Assembly: GCA_944358535.1 (NCBI GenBank)
Contig: CALVRH010000004.1
Coordinates: 1 to 61,135, forward strand
Direction of reading: 5' to 3'
Length of the DNA stretch: 61,135 nt
From: an uncultured Bacilli bacterium
GTDB taxonomy: Bacteria; Bacillota_I; Bacilli_A; RF39; UBA660
Position 1 is the stretch's first letter, and each line of letters begins with the position of its first letter. Below are positions 1 through 10,118 of the stretch, in pieces. The position numbers and the translations under genes are program-made. The notes beneath the pieces were generated by a model that saw only the letters and a program-made list of their open reading frames with translations, was not told where the DNA came from and searched no databases.

Positions 1-63
1 CTATTGATATGCCTATTGATTTAAATATTGCTTATGCTGAATATCATTAATCAGTCATAAAGT

Positions 64-678
64 TTAACACAACTTTTCATTAAATAAATAATATATTCCA
101 AGGAAAATTAGTGGAATAAAGATGAAAACAAAGTTTTCGTTTAATGCATCTCGTGAATACATATCTACGTAAAAATAGCTAGATGATATATAAATAATAG
201 CAGTTAAACATGCATATAATTTATTTTTAAAAAGTTTGCACGCTAATAAATACATAAATATACCGGATATCATAATTGTAATTAATTTAATTAATTTTAA
301 CGCTGCAAATGGTCCAAAACCAAAGTTACTTATTATATTTAAAATTAATCCACCTACTGCATGAGGTAAAATTGGATAAAATATTCCTGTTGCATATCCT
401 AAATTATTTGCTACATTAGGTAATATTTTTGAAAAAACATAAGATAAATCAGAGCCACGAATTAGTACATTCGAATAATGAAATGCGGTGTCATCACCAT
501 AAATATAATAATGTATAAATGGATAAAACATAAATAATGAAAATAAAACTATAGAAATTGTATAAATATTTATAAATCTGCTTTTTTTAAGTTTATTATA
601 AATTTTAGAACATTCAAGATATAATTTGTTTGTGTATTTTAAGATTTGTAATTTACACTTTTTTAATATATTAATCAT
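64..678 (-). CDS. Short (204 aa) polytopic membrane protein. The N-terminal part resembles GT-C/YfhO-type glycan-assembly membrane proteins and may be truncated.
   Basis: ORF track. Several hydrophobic segments, with a GDDTAFH loop after the first TM. It is the last gene of the glycan locus. Comparable proteins are usually over 400 aa. Confidence 0.4.
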   Translation of the reverse strand: MINILKKCKLQILKYTNKLYLECSKIYNKLKKSRFINIYTISIVLFSLFMFYPFIHYYIYGDDTAFHYSNVLIRGSDLSYVFSKILPNVANNLGYATGIFYPILPHAVGGLILNIISNFGFGPFAALKLIKLITIMISGIFMYLLACKLFKNKLYACLTAIIYISSSYFYVDMYSRDALNENFVFIFIPLIFLGIYYLFNEKLC

Positions 679-734
679 AACATTCCCTACTAAATTTAAA
701 TATACAAAAGAAAATATTAATTACAATATTTTCT

Positions 735-2060
735 TTATCTACCAATTGAACTATAAGTTATATCTTTCATATCTTCTAATTTATAACAATTTCTTCCATC
801 ATATACTCTTGGTGTTTTCATTAGTTTTTTATATTGTTTAACATTATAATTTACAACTTCTGGCCATTCAGTCATAATCATAGTTGCATCTGCATCTTTA
901 ATTGTTTCATCTATGTTATCAAAAAATGCAATAGTTCCTTTTACCCCATCATCTGTAAGTTTAAAATTAATTTTTTTCTTAAAGCTTTCTGTAGAAATAG
1001 GATCATAAGCTTTTACGTTTGCTCCATAATCTAATAGCATAGAAATATTATCAATAGATGGTGCATCTCTTAAATCATCAGTTCCAGGTTTAAAAGTAAG
1101 TCCCAAAACAGCAATTGTTTTACCTTCAATACTTCCTCCAAAATCATCAATCAATTCATGTAATAACACCAATTTTTGCTTTTTATTAACACTAATACAG
1201 GCTTGAATAGTTTCTAATTCTACTCCTTCAATTTGTCCAAGCCAATGCAAGGCTTTAGTGTCTTTAGGAAAACATGATCCACCATAACCAATACCAGCTT
1301 TCAAAAATTTATTTCCAATCCTTGAATCATAGCCCATTCCTTTAGTAACCTCTTCTATATTAGCTCCTAATTTTTTACATAAATTAGCTATTTCATTAAT
1401 ATAAGAAATTTTTAAAGCTAAAAAATCATTCGAAGCATATTTAATCATTTCTGCACTTCTTCTTGAAGTGTGTAAATAAGGGACATTATATGGTTCTTTA
1501 GTTAATGGTTCATATAGTTTTTGCATTATATTAGCAGCAAAATCATCTTCTGTTCCAACAACTATTCTAGATGCATATAAAGTATCATGTACGGCTGTCC
1601 CTTGAGCTAAAAATTCTGGGTTGCTAGCTACATAAACTTTAATTCCATCTTTAACTTTATCATTTAAATCTTTTTCAATTTCATCGTTTGTTCCAATTGG
1701 AACTGTAGATTTTAACACAACTACACAGTCTTTTTCTAGTGATTCAGCAATTTGGTCACATACAGAATGTACATAATCTAAATTTGCCGATCCATCTTCT
1801 CTCTCTGGAGTACCTACACCAATAATAATTACATCAGCATCCTTATATGCGTTTTTGTAATCTAATGTATAATCTAATCTATCTTTATTTTTGAGCATAA
1901 GTTCTTCTAAATCTTGTTCATAAATTGGACTTATACCATTTTTCATTTTTTCTACTTTTTCTTTATCAACATCAACACATGTTACATTATGTCCTATGTG
2001 AGCCAATGCAACACCTGTTACTAAACCAACATATCCTGTACCTGCTACAGCTACTTTCAT
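735..2060 (-). CDS. ugd: UDP-glucose 6-dehydrogenase
   Basis: N-terminal Rossmann motif VAGTGYVGLV, catalytic-region motif GGSCFPKD, and about 440 aa, typical of the UDPGDH family. Confidence 0.93.
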   Translation of the reverse strand: MKVAVAGTGYVGLVTGVALAHIGHNVTCVDVDKEKVEKMKNGISPIYEQDLEELMLKNKDRLDYTLDYKNAYKDADVIIIGVGTPEREDGSANLDYVHSVCDQIAESLEKDCVVVLKSTVPIGTNDEIEKDLNDKVKDGIKVYVASNPEFLAQGTAVHDTLYASRIVVGTEDDFAANIMQKLYEPLTKEPYNVPYLHTSRRSAEMIKYASNDFLALKISYINEIANLCKKLGANIEEVTKGMGYDSRIGNKFLKAGIGYGGSCFPKDTKALHWLGQIEGVELETIQACISVNKKQKLVLLHELIDDFGGSIEGKTIAVLGLTFKPGTDDLRDAPSIDNISMLLDYGANVKAYDPISTESFKKKINFKLTDDGVKGTIAFFDNIDETIKDADATMIMTEWPEVVNYNVKQYKKLMKTPRVYDGRNCYKLEDMKDITYSSIGR

Positions 2061-2133
2061 TTATATACCTCTTCTCTATTTGTAAATACATCACCATTTT
2101 ATCATTTTTTAATAAAAATAACAAATATTGACA

Positions 2134-2610
2134 TTATTTTTCTATTTCTTCTTCTAATTTCTTTATAAAGTTTTTAGTGTTGCTTTTATAAGGAATTGGT
2201 TTAAATTTTTTTGATTTTTCATATATTTTTTGTAAATCATCACCATCATTAAATGCTAAAATGTGTTTTTCATCACTAAATACATTTACTATTTCTTTTT
2301 GATGGTCATTAATGTGTTCTCCGTATTTTTCGAGTCGTGGTGCAGCTATTACCTTTTTGCCTTTTTGAAGTGGCATAATGATTGAACCTGTACCCCCGTG
2401 AGTGATTATTAAATCAGCTTCATCAATATATTTTCCCATTTCATCATAACTAATAAAATCAAATATTTTCATTTTATCACTTTTATAATCTGAAGAACCT
2501 CCAGCTTGAACGATAATTTCTTCATCGGTTTTTAAATTATCTACTGCTTCTAGTAATCTATAAAATTTTTGTTTTTGAGTACCTAATGTAACTAATATCA
2601 TTTGACACAC
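2134..2610 (-). CDS. PssE/Cps14G-like (Alg13-like) glycosyltransferase C-terminal subunit
   Basis: 158 aa. It starts ILVTLGTQ and contains HGGTGSI, as in the GT28 C-terminal domain. It is paired with the adjacent Alg14-like ORF. Confidence 0.75.
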   Translation of the reverse strand: MCQMILVTLGTQKQKFYRLLEAVDNLKTDEEIIVQAGGSSDYKSDKMKIFDFISYDEMGKYIDEADLIITHGGTGSIIMPLQKGKKVIAAPRLEKYGEHINDHQKEIVNVFSDEKHILAFNDGDDLQKIYEKSKKFKPIPYKSNTKNFIKKLEEEIEK

Positions 2611-2613
2611 TCC

Positions 2614-3111
2614 TTAATATATTCCACCAAAGTAAACTGCTTTTGGATAATATTCTAGCATAGACTTCCATTGCACCACAAATGTTGTAGCAATTGGATA
2701 AACAAGTTTTCCAGATAATGTTTTACCTTTGTTTTTTGCAAAACTTTCAATAAAAATTACTTTTTTACCAAATAATCTTCCCAAATAACACATTGGAACT
2801 GATGTGTTTGCTCCAGTACTAACAATTACATCTGGTCTAAATTTAAAAAAAGTGTAAATTGAATTAAATGCATTTAATACGTTAATGAAAAAATATTTGA
2901 TAAAGTTTTGGCCATTACAATACTTAAAAAATTTCATATTATATTTTTCTTTTAATCCAATTGTTACTTCTGTTTTTTCTGTTACAAATAAATAATTATA
3001 TTTTTCAAAAAGAGATTTTAACTGAAGCATTTGTGTCAAATGTCCGCCAACACTACAAATAAATAATACTTTTTTTTGTTTTTTTTGTTTTTTTTGTTTT
3101 TTTTGTTTCAT
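2614..3111 (-). CDS. PssD/Cps14F-like (Alg14-like) glycosyltransferase membrane-anchoring subunit
   Basis: 165 aa with SVGGHLTQM, typical of the Alg14/PssD family. It lies immediately upstream of the Alg13-like partner. The N-terminus carries a (KKQ)4 repeat. Confidence 0.75.
   Translation of the reverse strand: MKQKKQKKQKKQKKVLFICSVGGHLTQMLQLKSLFEKYNYLFVTEKTEVTIGLKEKYNMKFFKYCNGQNFIKYFFINVLNAFNSIYTFFKFRPDVIVSTGANTSVPMCYLGRLFGKKVIFIESFAKNKGKTLSGKLVYPIATTFVVQWKSMLEYYPKAVYFGGIY
3070..3105 (-). repeat. Four tandem 9-bp units (CAAAAAAAA on the coding strand) in codons 3-14 of the Alg14-like gene
   Basis: Direct reading: four consecutive g+t8 units on the plus strand just inside the start codon at 3111. 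Confidence 0.9.
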
Positions 3112-3118
3112 AATATCA

Positions 3119-4198
3119 CTATTCCTCGAAAAAATTTTCTAATTTATTATTTATATCACTATTAAACTTTTGATAATCAAATTTCTTTTGAACAATATAT
3201 CCTTTATCTAGAAATTGTTTCATACCTGTATAAACGCCTTCTTCAGAATTGTTACAAATAATTCCATAGCCCTGATTTAAAATTTCTTTAGCATCTGCAA
3301 CATCTGTTGAAATAACTGGAATGTTTAAAATTCTAGCTTCATCAATTACTATTCCATAACCTTCATAAGCTGATGATAAAACTAATGCGGATGAATTTTT
3401 AATGTAAGGATATGGATTGATTTTTTTACCTAGCAAAAATACAGTGTCTTGTAAGTTTAATTCTGTTATTAGATTTTTATACATTTGATAGTCTTCACCA
3501 TCACCAACCATAACAACAGAAAAAGTATAACCTTGTTTTTTTAACTCATTACTGGCGTTTATTATTCTAGATAATTTTTTAGATTTTTCTTCACATCTAG
3601 CAACTACAATAAAAACTGGTTTTTTATAATTAAACTCAATTTCTTCTAATGATTTTTTTTCAATGCTTTCTCCATCTAGCATATTATTAATCACAGTAAT
3701 TTTTCCATTATAATTAGGATATAATTCATTAAAAGCTTTCAATGCATCATTACTAACACAAATAACTTTATTAAATTTTTCAAATTTCATTTTTCTTAAT
3801 CTTTTTGATTTACTACTATATTTTAGTTTTAAATTATTGTGAACGAATATAATATTGTTTTTTGAACTGTTTCTAGCTAATTTGGCTAAAATCGGATGTT
3901 GATAGGCATATGAAATTGCAATGTCATATTTATCAATGTTTAATAAATTTTTAAGAAGTTTGAATTGCATTTTGAAATATGTGCTAATTTTTCCAAATAA
4001 ATCCCATTTACCTTTACAACATAATTTAATTTTAACTTCTTTAGGTACCATATCTAAATATTCTTTTTGAACAACATATCCTAAAAAAAGTTCAATTTGA
4101 TAATGATTGGTTAAAGTACTAAAATTTAATAAATTTATTAAAGCTTTCTCCATGCCACCAACAGATAATTTGGGCATATAAATAATCATTTTTTTCAT
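3119..4198 (-). CDS. Glycosyltransferase family 4 (GT-B, retaining type)
   Basis: N-terminal GGMEKALINL plus a C-terminal EGYGIVIDEA (E-x7-E-like) motif. About 360 aa. Confidence 0.8.
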   Translation of the reverse strand: MKKMIIYMPKLSVGGMEKALINLLNFSTLTNHYQIELFLGYVVQKEYLDMVPKEVKIKLCCKGKWDLFGKISTYFKMQFKLLKNLLNIDKYDIAISYAYQHPILAKLARNSSKNNIIFVHNNLKLKYSSKSKRLRKMKFEKFNKVICVSNDALKAFNELYPNYNGKITVINNMLDGESIEKKSLEEIEFNYKKPVFIVVARCEEKSKKLSRIINASNELKKQGYTFSVVMVGDGEDYQMYKNLITELNLQDTVFLLGKKINPYPYIKNSSALVLSSAYEGYGIVIDEARILNIPVISTDVADAKEILNQGYGIICNNSEEGVYTGMKQFLDKGYIVQKKFDYQKFNSDINNKLENFFEE

Positions 4199-6592
4199 TT
4201 ACTCACCTATTAACTTATAAAATTTTTCCATATTTTTTAAATTATAACTATTTAAATCAAATTTAAATTTTTTATTTACTGTTTTACTGTTATTACAAAC
4301 TTTATTAATAATTTTAACAATAGATGAAACATTGTTTTTACATAGAATCATACTTCCTTTAGGGGCAATATATTTAAATATATCACTATTACCACAAACA
4401 TCAGTGGCAACAATAGGGATACCACATAGTAATGATTCTAATAAAACGGTTGGCAAACCTTCAAAATCAGATGTAGATAAAAATAGGTCTGCTTGCTTTA
4501 AAATAGATCTGATGTTGAGCTGTTCACCTAACAAAATAACTTTTTCATTTAATTGATTGGTTTTTATTAATGAATCTAATGCACTATATAATTCACCATT
4601 TCCAATTATATATATTTTTATATCTTCTGGTAATTGTTTTGCAGCATCTATAATTTTATCAAAACGTTTTTGTGTGCAAAGTCTACCAATAGAAACTATT
4701 TTAAATTTTCCTTCTAGTTTTATGTCAGTTGTTTCATCTTGATTTTTAAAATCAATAATATTCCATAGAAAAGTTGTTTTATCTTTATATTCCGGTAAGA
4801 TTTTATCAAAACTTTTTTTAACCCCTTCGCTGACTCCAACTATAGTATCGAACCTCTCATATTTATATTTTGTTCTATCAAACTTTTTCTTGTATTTTTC
4901 AAAATGGTTATAATTATACTCAACATCAGTGTGTACCCAAATTAATTTTTTTTCTGCTTCACTATATCCAATGTAATTATCTACGAAAGGATAATATCCA
5001 GAATAAGAAATTGCAACATTATATTTTTTATTGGTTGTAAACCATGAAGCAGTATAATAATTAAACATTAAATGTTTTAACATCTTACATATCACATTAT
5101 TACTTAATACTATTTTACGTGTAATTTGGCTATCATATGGAGTAATTATATTAATGTTTTCTGGTAATTCATTTAAAAATTTACCTTCTGGTTTTAATAA
5201 CATTAAATCAACATCATATTTTTTATAATTAATTTTTTTAAGTAAATTTATTAAAGTTTTTTCAATACCCCCTACTTCCATATGAACAGAACCTATTAAC
5301 ATTTTTTCTTTGTTTTCTTCTTCAAAAGGTTGATGACATTTAATATAAAATGCGATTAAAATGATAATCATAAATGTACTAACGGATGGTGCAAGTAAGG
5401 TGTGTCCTGACATTGTTGCAACACCTAATGCCAAAACAATACTTAATAAGCACATAGCAGATTCAATATCAAAAAACCTTGTTTTAATTTCTTTAAACCA
5501 TGTTTTTAAAGAGCTAAATATAACATATAATAAAGGTATAAACATAATTATAGTACCTAAAATTCCAAACAAGAAATATATATCAAAAGGATCTTGTTCT
5601 GTTATAAATAAAGTTTTGTCTTCACGTTCATAGAATTTTCCAAAAATTCTTTCGCCTACAGATATATCCTTACGTAACATTACCATTCTAGCAATATATC
5701 CATTTCGACCACTATAAATTAGAAAATTTATTCGTTCTGTTCTTTCTTCTTCAGTAATTTCCTCATTATCAATGTCTAGACTTTCATATCTTATTGATGT
5801 GTTGTAAACAGCCGGAATATGGCTCCAAAATAATAATGGAATAATTAGACAAGCTAAAACAAAAACAAATTTTTTATCTAATTTTATTTTTATTATAGAT
5901 ATAAGTCTATATATTAGATAGCCTACTATTGTTATAAAATATCCTAGTAAGCCTACTTTTGTTCCTAATCCTAAAAGAGCTATTCCGATGATGATGGTTA
6001 AAATAATTTCCCATTTATGACTACTCGGATTATGTAGTGAATTATATAAAACAATAGGAAATATAATACTTAATAAAGCTCCTATTTCATTTCCAGAAAA
6101 AAACCAACCAGATGATCCATACTTGCCACTGCCTGGCAAATATGTGTCAAAAGCTGTACCTGTAACCCATGAAAGAATAAATGTTATGGATATAATTATA
6201 AAAGGTAATCGTAGTTCATTTAATTTTATATAATTTCCATTTTTATACCATTTAAGAAAATAAAATAACGCAACTGTAAAGTATACATATTTCATTAAGT
6301 ATCCTGCATATTCAGAAAAATGTGATTTTAAAATATCAATATTATAATACACGTTGCCTAAACAAAGAATAATTATAATACCTAAATAAATGAAATTATA
6401 TTTGCGCTTATATTTATCTATAAATACTAAATATATACCCATTAAAAATAAAATTAACATTTTAACTATAATACCTACAGTAACATTAATTCCTATGGAT
6501 GTCATAAAAGAAGTTATAACATCAAATAATGGTTGTATAAGAATAAATATTGGTAACCATTTGTTAAAAATTTTGTTTTGCATAAATCTCAC
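4199..6592 (-). CDS. Fusion protein: N-terminal Wzy/O-antigen-ligase-like polytopic membrane domain plus a C-terminal GT4 glycosyltransferase domain
   Basis: The first ~430 aa hold many TM segments with a WFFSGNEIGALL motif (Wzy_C-like). The remainder has GGIEKTLINL and FEGLPTVLLESL GT4 motifs. Confidence 0.65.
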   Translation of the reverse strand: MRFMQNKIFNKWLPIFILIQPLFDVITSFMTSIGINVTVGIIVKMLILFLMGIYLVFIDKYKRKYNFIYLGIIIILCLGNVYYNIDILKSHFSEYAGYLMKYVYFTVALFYFLKWYKNGNYIKLNELRLPFIIISITFILSWVTGTAFDTYLPGSGKYGSSGWFFSGNEIGALLSIIFPIVLYNSLHNPSSHKWEIILTIIIGIALLGLGTKVGLLGYFITIVGYLIYRLISIIKIKLDKKFVFVLACLIIPLLFWSHIPAVYNTSIRYESLDIDNEEITEEERTERINFLIYSGRNGYIARMVMLRKDISVGERIFGKFYEREDKTLFITEQDPFDIYFLFGILGTIIMFIPLLYVIFSSLKTWFKEIKTRFFDIESAMCLLSIVLALGVATMSGHTLLAPSVSTFMIIILIAFYIKCHQPFEEENKEKMLIGSVHMEVGGIEKTLINLLKKINYKKYDVDLMLLKPEGKFLNELPENINIITPYDSQITRKIVLSNNVICKMLKHLMFNYYTASWFTTNKKYNVAISYSGYYPFVDNYIGYSEAEKKLIWVHTDVEYNYNHFEKYKKKFDRTKYKYERFDTIVGVSEGVKKSFDKILPEYKDKTTFLWNIIDFKNQDETTDIKLEGKFKIVSIGRLCTQKRFDKIIDAAKQLPEDIKIYIIGNGELYSALDSLIKTNQLNEKVILLGEQLNIRSILKQADLFLSTSDFEGLPTVLLESLLCGIPIVATDVCGNSDIFKYIAPKGSMILCKNNVSSIVKIINKVCNNSKTVNKKFKFDLNSYNLKNMEKFYKLIGE

Positions 6593-7558
6593 CTATATCT
6601 TTCTCAATATTTTTATTATTGTATAATGTTCCTTATATATTAATTTACACATTAATTTTCGTTTAAAACCATATTTTTTAAAATATTTGTTTTCTTTAAA
6701 TTTTGGGAAATTTTCTTTTATTATTTTTCTAATTTTATCTACCATGTCGTATTTATTATAATCAAGAAATCTAATGCTAGCAGCCCTTAATAAATGATGA
6801 ATATAAATGTATTCAATTTCTTCTTTATATTCGTTATATAAGTTTTCTTTTTTAAATATTGCACTTACTCTATCGGTTACTAAAAAAATGTCCTCGATTT
6901 TAGAATTATATTTTATTTTGTTCATAGTTGAGTTTTCACGTTTTAAATAGTGATATAAATAATGCTTTGTAAATTTTATTTTATTTGTATACATTGCGAG
7001 TAATGGTATTGAACCCAAATCCTCATAATATACACCTTCTATAAATTCAAAATTGTTTTTTTCTAATAATTCTTTTTTAAACATTTTATCACAGGCTGAT
7101 GGATTATATAATAATAAACGTTTTGAAGCAGGGATATTTTTGTCAAAAATAAATTCTTCCATTTCCATTTTTTGCTTTGTTATTTTATTATTTTCATCTA
7201 TATACATTTGGAATGTAATTATGTCATCACCGTTTTGAGCTTCTTTTTTTAAAGTTTCAATTGTATTTAATTCATAATAATCATCACTATCTAAAAATAA
7301 TATATAATCACCTGTTGCTTTTTTAAGGCCATAGTTTCTAGCAGACGAAAGGCCACCATTTTCCTTGATATAAGAGTGCATATTGGCATTTTCTGATACA
7401 TATTTATCGATTATTTTTTGACTATCGTCAGTTGAACCATCATTTACAATTATAACTTCAAAATTTGTATCTGTTTGATTAGTCAAAGATGATAAACATT
7501 TATCTAAATAATCATAGACATTATATACTGGTATAATTACACTAATTTTCATTATCAA
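6593..7558 (-). CDS. Glycosyltransferase family 2
   Basis: ISVIIPVYN...NDGSTDDS...LDSDD motifs. Confidence 0.85.
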   Translation of the reverse strand: MIMKISVIIPVYNVYDYLDKCLSSLTNQTDTNFEVIIVNDGSTDDSQKIIDKYVSENANMHSYIKENGGLSSARNYGLKKATGDYILFLDSDDYYELNTIETLKKEAQNGDDIITFQMYIDENNKITKQKMEMEEFIFDKNIPASKRLLLYNPSACDKMFKKELLEKNNFEFIEGVYYEDLGSIPLLAMYTNKIKFTKHYLYHYLKRENSTMNKIKYNSKIEDIFLVTDRVSAIFKKENLYNEYKEEIEYIYIHHLLRAASIRFLDYNKYDMVDKIRKIIKENFPKFKENKYFKKYGFKRKLMCKLIYKEHYTIIKILRKI

Positions 7559-8675
7559 TCAATCCTTCTAAAATCTCTATACTTTCTTCATTAAATTTTT
7601 TATAATCAAATGGTTTTTTTATTTTGAAACCATTATCTAGAAATTGTTTCATACCTTTATATATTCCATCATCATCGTTAGAAACAACATAGCCAAATTT
7701 ATCTTTAATAATTATATTTGCATCAGAAACATCAGTTGTGATAAGTGGCAAATTCATAATCATCGATTCCAAAAAAACGACAGGAAATCCTTCAAATTTG
7801 GAAGATAAGACAAAAGCATCAGCTATTTTATAATAAGGAAATGGATTAGTTTTTAATCCTAAAAACTTTACTTTATTTTCTAAATGTTTTTCTTTTACAA
7901 TATTAATGTATCGTTCATGCTCTTCTCCATCACCTACTAATAATAATAAAAAATCATACTCGGAATTTAATTTGTCACATGCATTAATTATTCTCGTTAT
8001 TCTTTTATCATATTCTGTGTGACGACTAACATTTAAAAAAATTGTTTTATTTTTTGGAACCTGTATATCTATAGTTTCTTTTGATTTTTCCAATATATCA
8101 TTATAGTCTATTAAATTATGACAAACTATAGTTTTATCCTCATCATTTGGAAACATACTCAAATAGGCCTTTCTTCCATCTTCTGATACAAAGATGTTTT
8201 TTTTGAATTTTCTAAAAAACATATGGTTCAAAAATTTTTTTACTTTTTTTTCTGTTGAATAACCTTTGTCCTTTTTATCCATTATATTTGAGTTCGCCAT
8301 ATAATTTATTATATTTGTGTGCATCCAAGCCGCATTGTTTTTTGAAGCAATTCGAGCTACTAAAGCACTATAGAAATATCCAGGAGAATAGCATGCAGCA
8401 AAGTCATATTTATGAAAATTTTTTATTAATATTTTGATAAATATAAACAAGTTAGCAATTTTTTTTAAAATTTTATTTTTTATTTTAGATAGGCCATAAT
8501 CTTCTAAATTCACATTTGGATTTAATTTGTCTAAAAAATCTCCTTGTCTAATTTGCAATAATAGTGTTACATCATACTTTTCATAATCAAATTGATTAAG
8601 TAAATTAATTAATGCAGAACTTACTCCTCCAACTCCTAAATTAAATGCTGTAAATAATACTTTTTTCTTTTTCAT
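7542..8675 (-). CDS. Glycosyltransferase family 4
   Basis: GVGGVSSALINL N-terminus and FEGFPVVFLES near the C-terminus. It is a paralog of 3119-4198. Confidence 0.8.
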   Translation of the reverse strand: MKKKKVLFTAFNLGVGGVSSALINLLNQFDYEKYDVTLLLQIRQGDFLDKLNPNVNLEDYGLSKIKNKILKKIANLFIFIKILIKNFHKYDFAACYSPGYFYSALVARIASKNNAAWMHTNIINYMANSNIMDKKDKGYSTEKKVKKFLNHMFFRKFKKNIFVSEDGRKAYLSMFPNDEDKTIVCHNLIDYNDILEKSKETIDIQVPKNKTIFLNVSRHTEYDKRITRIINACDKLNSEYDFLLLLVGDGEEHERYINIVKEKHLENKVKFLGLKTNPFPYYKIADAFVLSSKFEGFPVVFLESMIMNLPLITTDVSDANIIIKDKFGYVVSNDDDGIYKGMKQFLDNGFKIKKPFDYKKFNEESIEILEGLIDNEN

Positions 8676-8678
8676 AAT

Positions 8679-10118
8679 TTAACCGCCTTTTTTCAAAGAT
8701 TTTAACATATTAATTAATTTGAATGCTGTTTTATCCTTACTTACTAAAATTAAAACTAAATAAATTAATACACCAACGCCAAATTGAACTATATTAGTAA
8801 TAAATGAAATTCCCATTTTTTTTCCAATAAGCATCATAATTCCAAACATAATACAAGAAAATATTATATATTTAAATGCTGGCAAAATTTTACTTTTAAA
8901 ATTAATGTATTCTTTTGTGTATCCAATTTGGATTATCAAAACCAAATATTCTGCAATAATCGTTGAAAATGCTGCGCCATAACTATTGAAATATCTAATT
9001 AAAAATAAATTTAATATAAAATTTACTACTGCACTAGCAACTACTGATTTTGTATATTGCTTGGTCTTTTCCATCGGGATAAGTAATTGTATTCCTAATA
9101 CATTAGTTAGTGAAGATGCTATAATCATTGGACATAGAATCATCATCAGATTTGATGTTTTAGCAAATTCAGGTGTTAGAAACCAGTTAATGAAATATGG
9201 AGCAATGGCAGCTAAGCCAAACGCCATTGGAATAGATAATAGCATAACTAAATCAAAGGCATTATTAACATAACGCAGTCCTTCATCCTTTTGATTATTG
9301 GCAGTTAAATTAACTATTCTAGGCATCATTACTGTTCCTATGGATGTAATTACAAATAAAAACATATTTACAAATTGTTGAGCTTTGGAATAAAAGCCTA
9401 CTTCTGCAACATCACTCACTAACATTCCCAACATTGTTTTATCAAGAGTTGAATAAATACTAACAGCTATCTGTGGAACAAAAAGCAAAGCTGATGGTTT
9501 AAAATGAGACAAAGCATCTCTAAAATGTATTTTTTTAAATGAAATGTAATGTCTTAAATCTATCCATAATATAATTTGTCCTAAAATGGAAAATGCACAT
9601 GATAAGAAAACATATAATGATAAATCACTTGGCTGTTTTATGAAAATAAATATACTAATAACATTTAAAATTTTTATAATTATATTTCTAATAGTGACAC
9701 GTTTAATGTTTTCCATACCATAGTAAAACCACGATATATCAAACATAACTGACAAGATTGATAATCCTTGAATTAATAGTATTGTTTTATAATCAACACT
9801 TGCAAAGCCAAATATTATATAAAAGGTAACTAAAGATATAAAGTTAGTTAAAAATTGTAATGCAAAGATTTCCCAAAATTTTTGTGATAATTTATCTTTA
9901 TTATCTCTAACTTTTGCAACTTCTTTATTACCATATAAAGTTATACCAAGCATTCCTGCTAAAGTAAACCAATATACAATTGAGCTTGTATAATTGTTGA
10001 TTCCGTTAGCCGTTGCTTGTAATGTTCTAGCTAAATAGGGAGCTGTTACAATCGGAATAAGTAATGTTAAAACTTGATAAATAACATTGTAAAAATAATT
10101 AATTGTTAATTTTTTCAC
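8679..10118 (-). CDS. wzx: Wzx-type polysaccharide flippase (MOP superfamily)
   Basis: 479 aa with about 12-14 TM segments, in a glycan-locus context, with a typical Polysacc_synt N-terminus. Confidence 0.8.
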   Translation of the reverse strand: MKKLTINYFYNVIYQVLTLLIPIVTAPYLARTLQATANGINNYTSSIVYWFTLAGMLGITLYGNKEVAKVRDNKDKLSQKFWEIFALQFLTNFISLVTFYIIFGFASVDYKTILLIQGLSILSVMFDISWFYYGMENIKRVTIRNIIIKILNVISIFIFIKQPSDLSLYVFLSCAFSILGQIILWIDLRHYISFKKIHFRDALSHFKPSALLFVPQIAVSIYSTLDKTMLGMLVSDVAEVGFYSKAQQFVNMFLFVITSIGTVMMPRIVNLTANNQKDEGLRYVNNAFDLVMLLSIPMAFGLAAIAPYFINWFLTPEFAKTSNLMMILCPMIIASSLTNVLGIQLLIPMEKTKQYTKSVVASAVVNFILNLFLIRYFNSYGAAFSTIIAEYLVLIIQIGYTKEYINFKSKILPAFKYIIFSCIMFGIMMLIGKKMGISFITNIVQFGVGVLIYLVLILVSKDKTAFKLINMLKSLKKGG

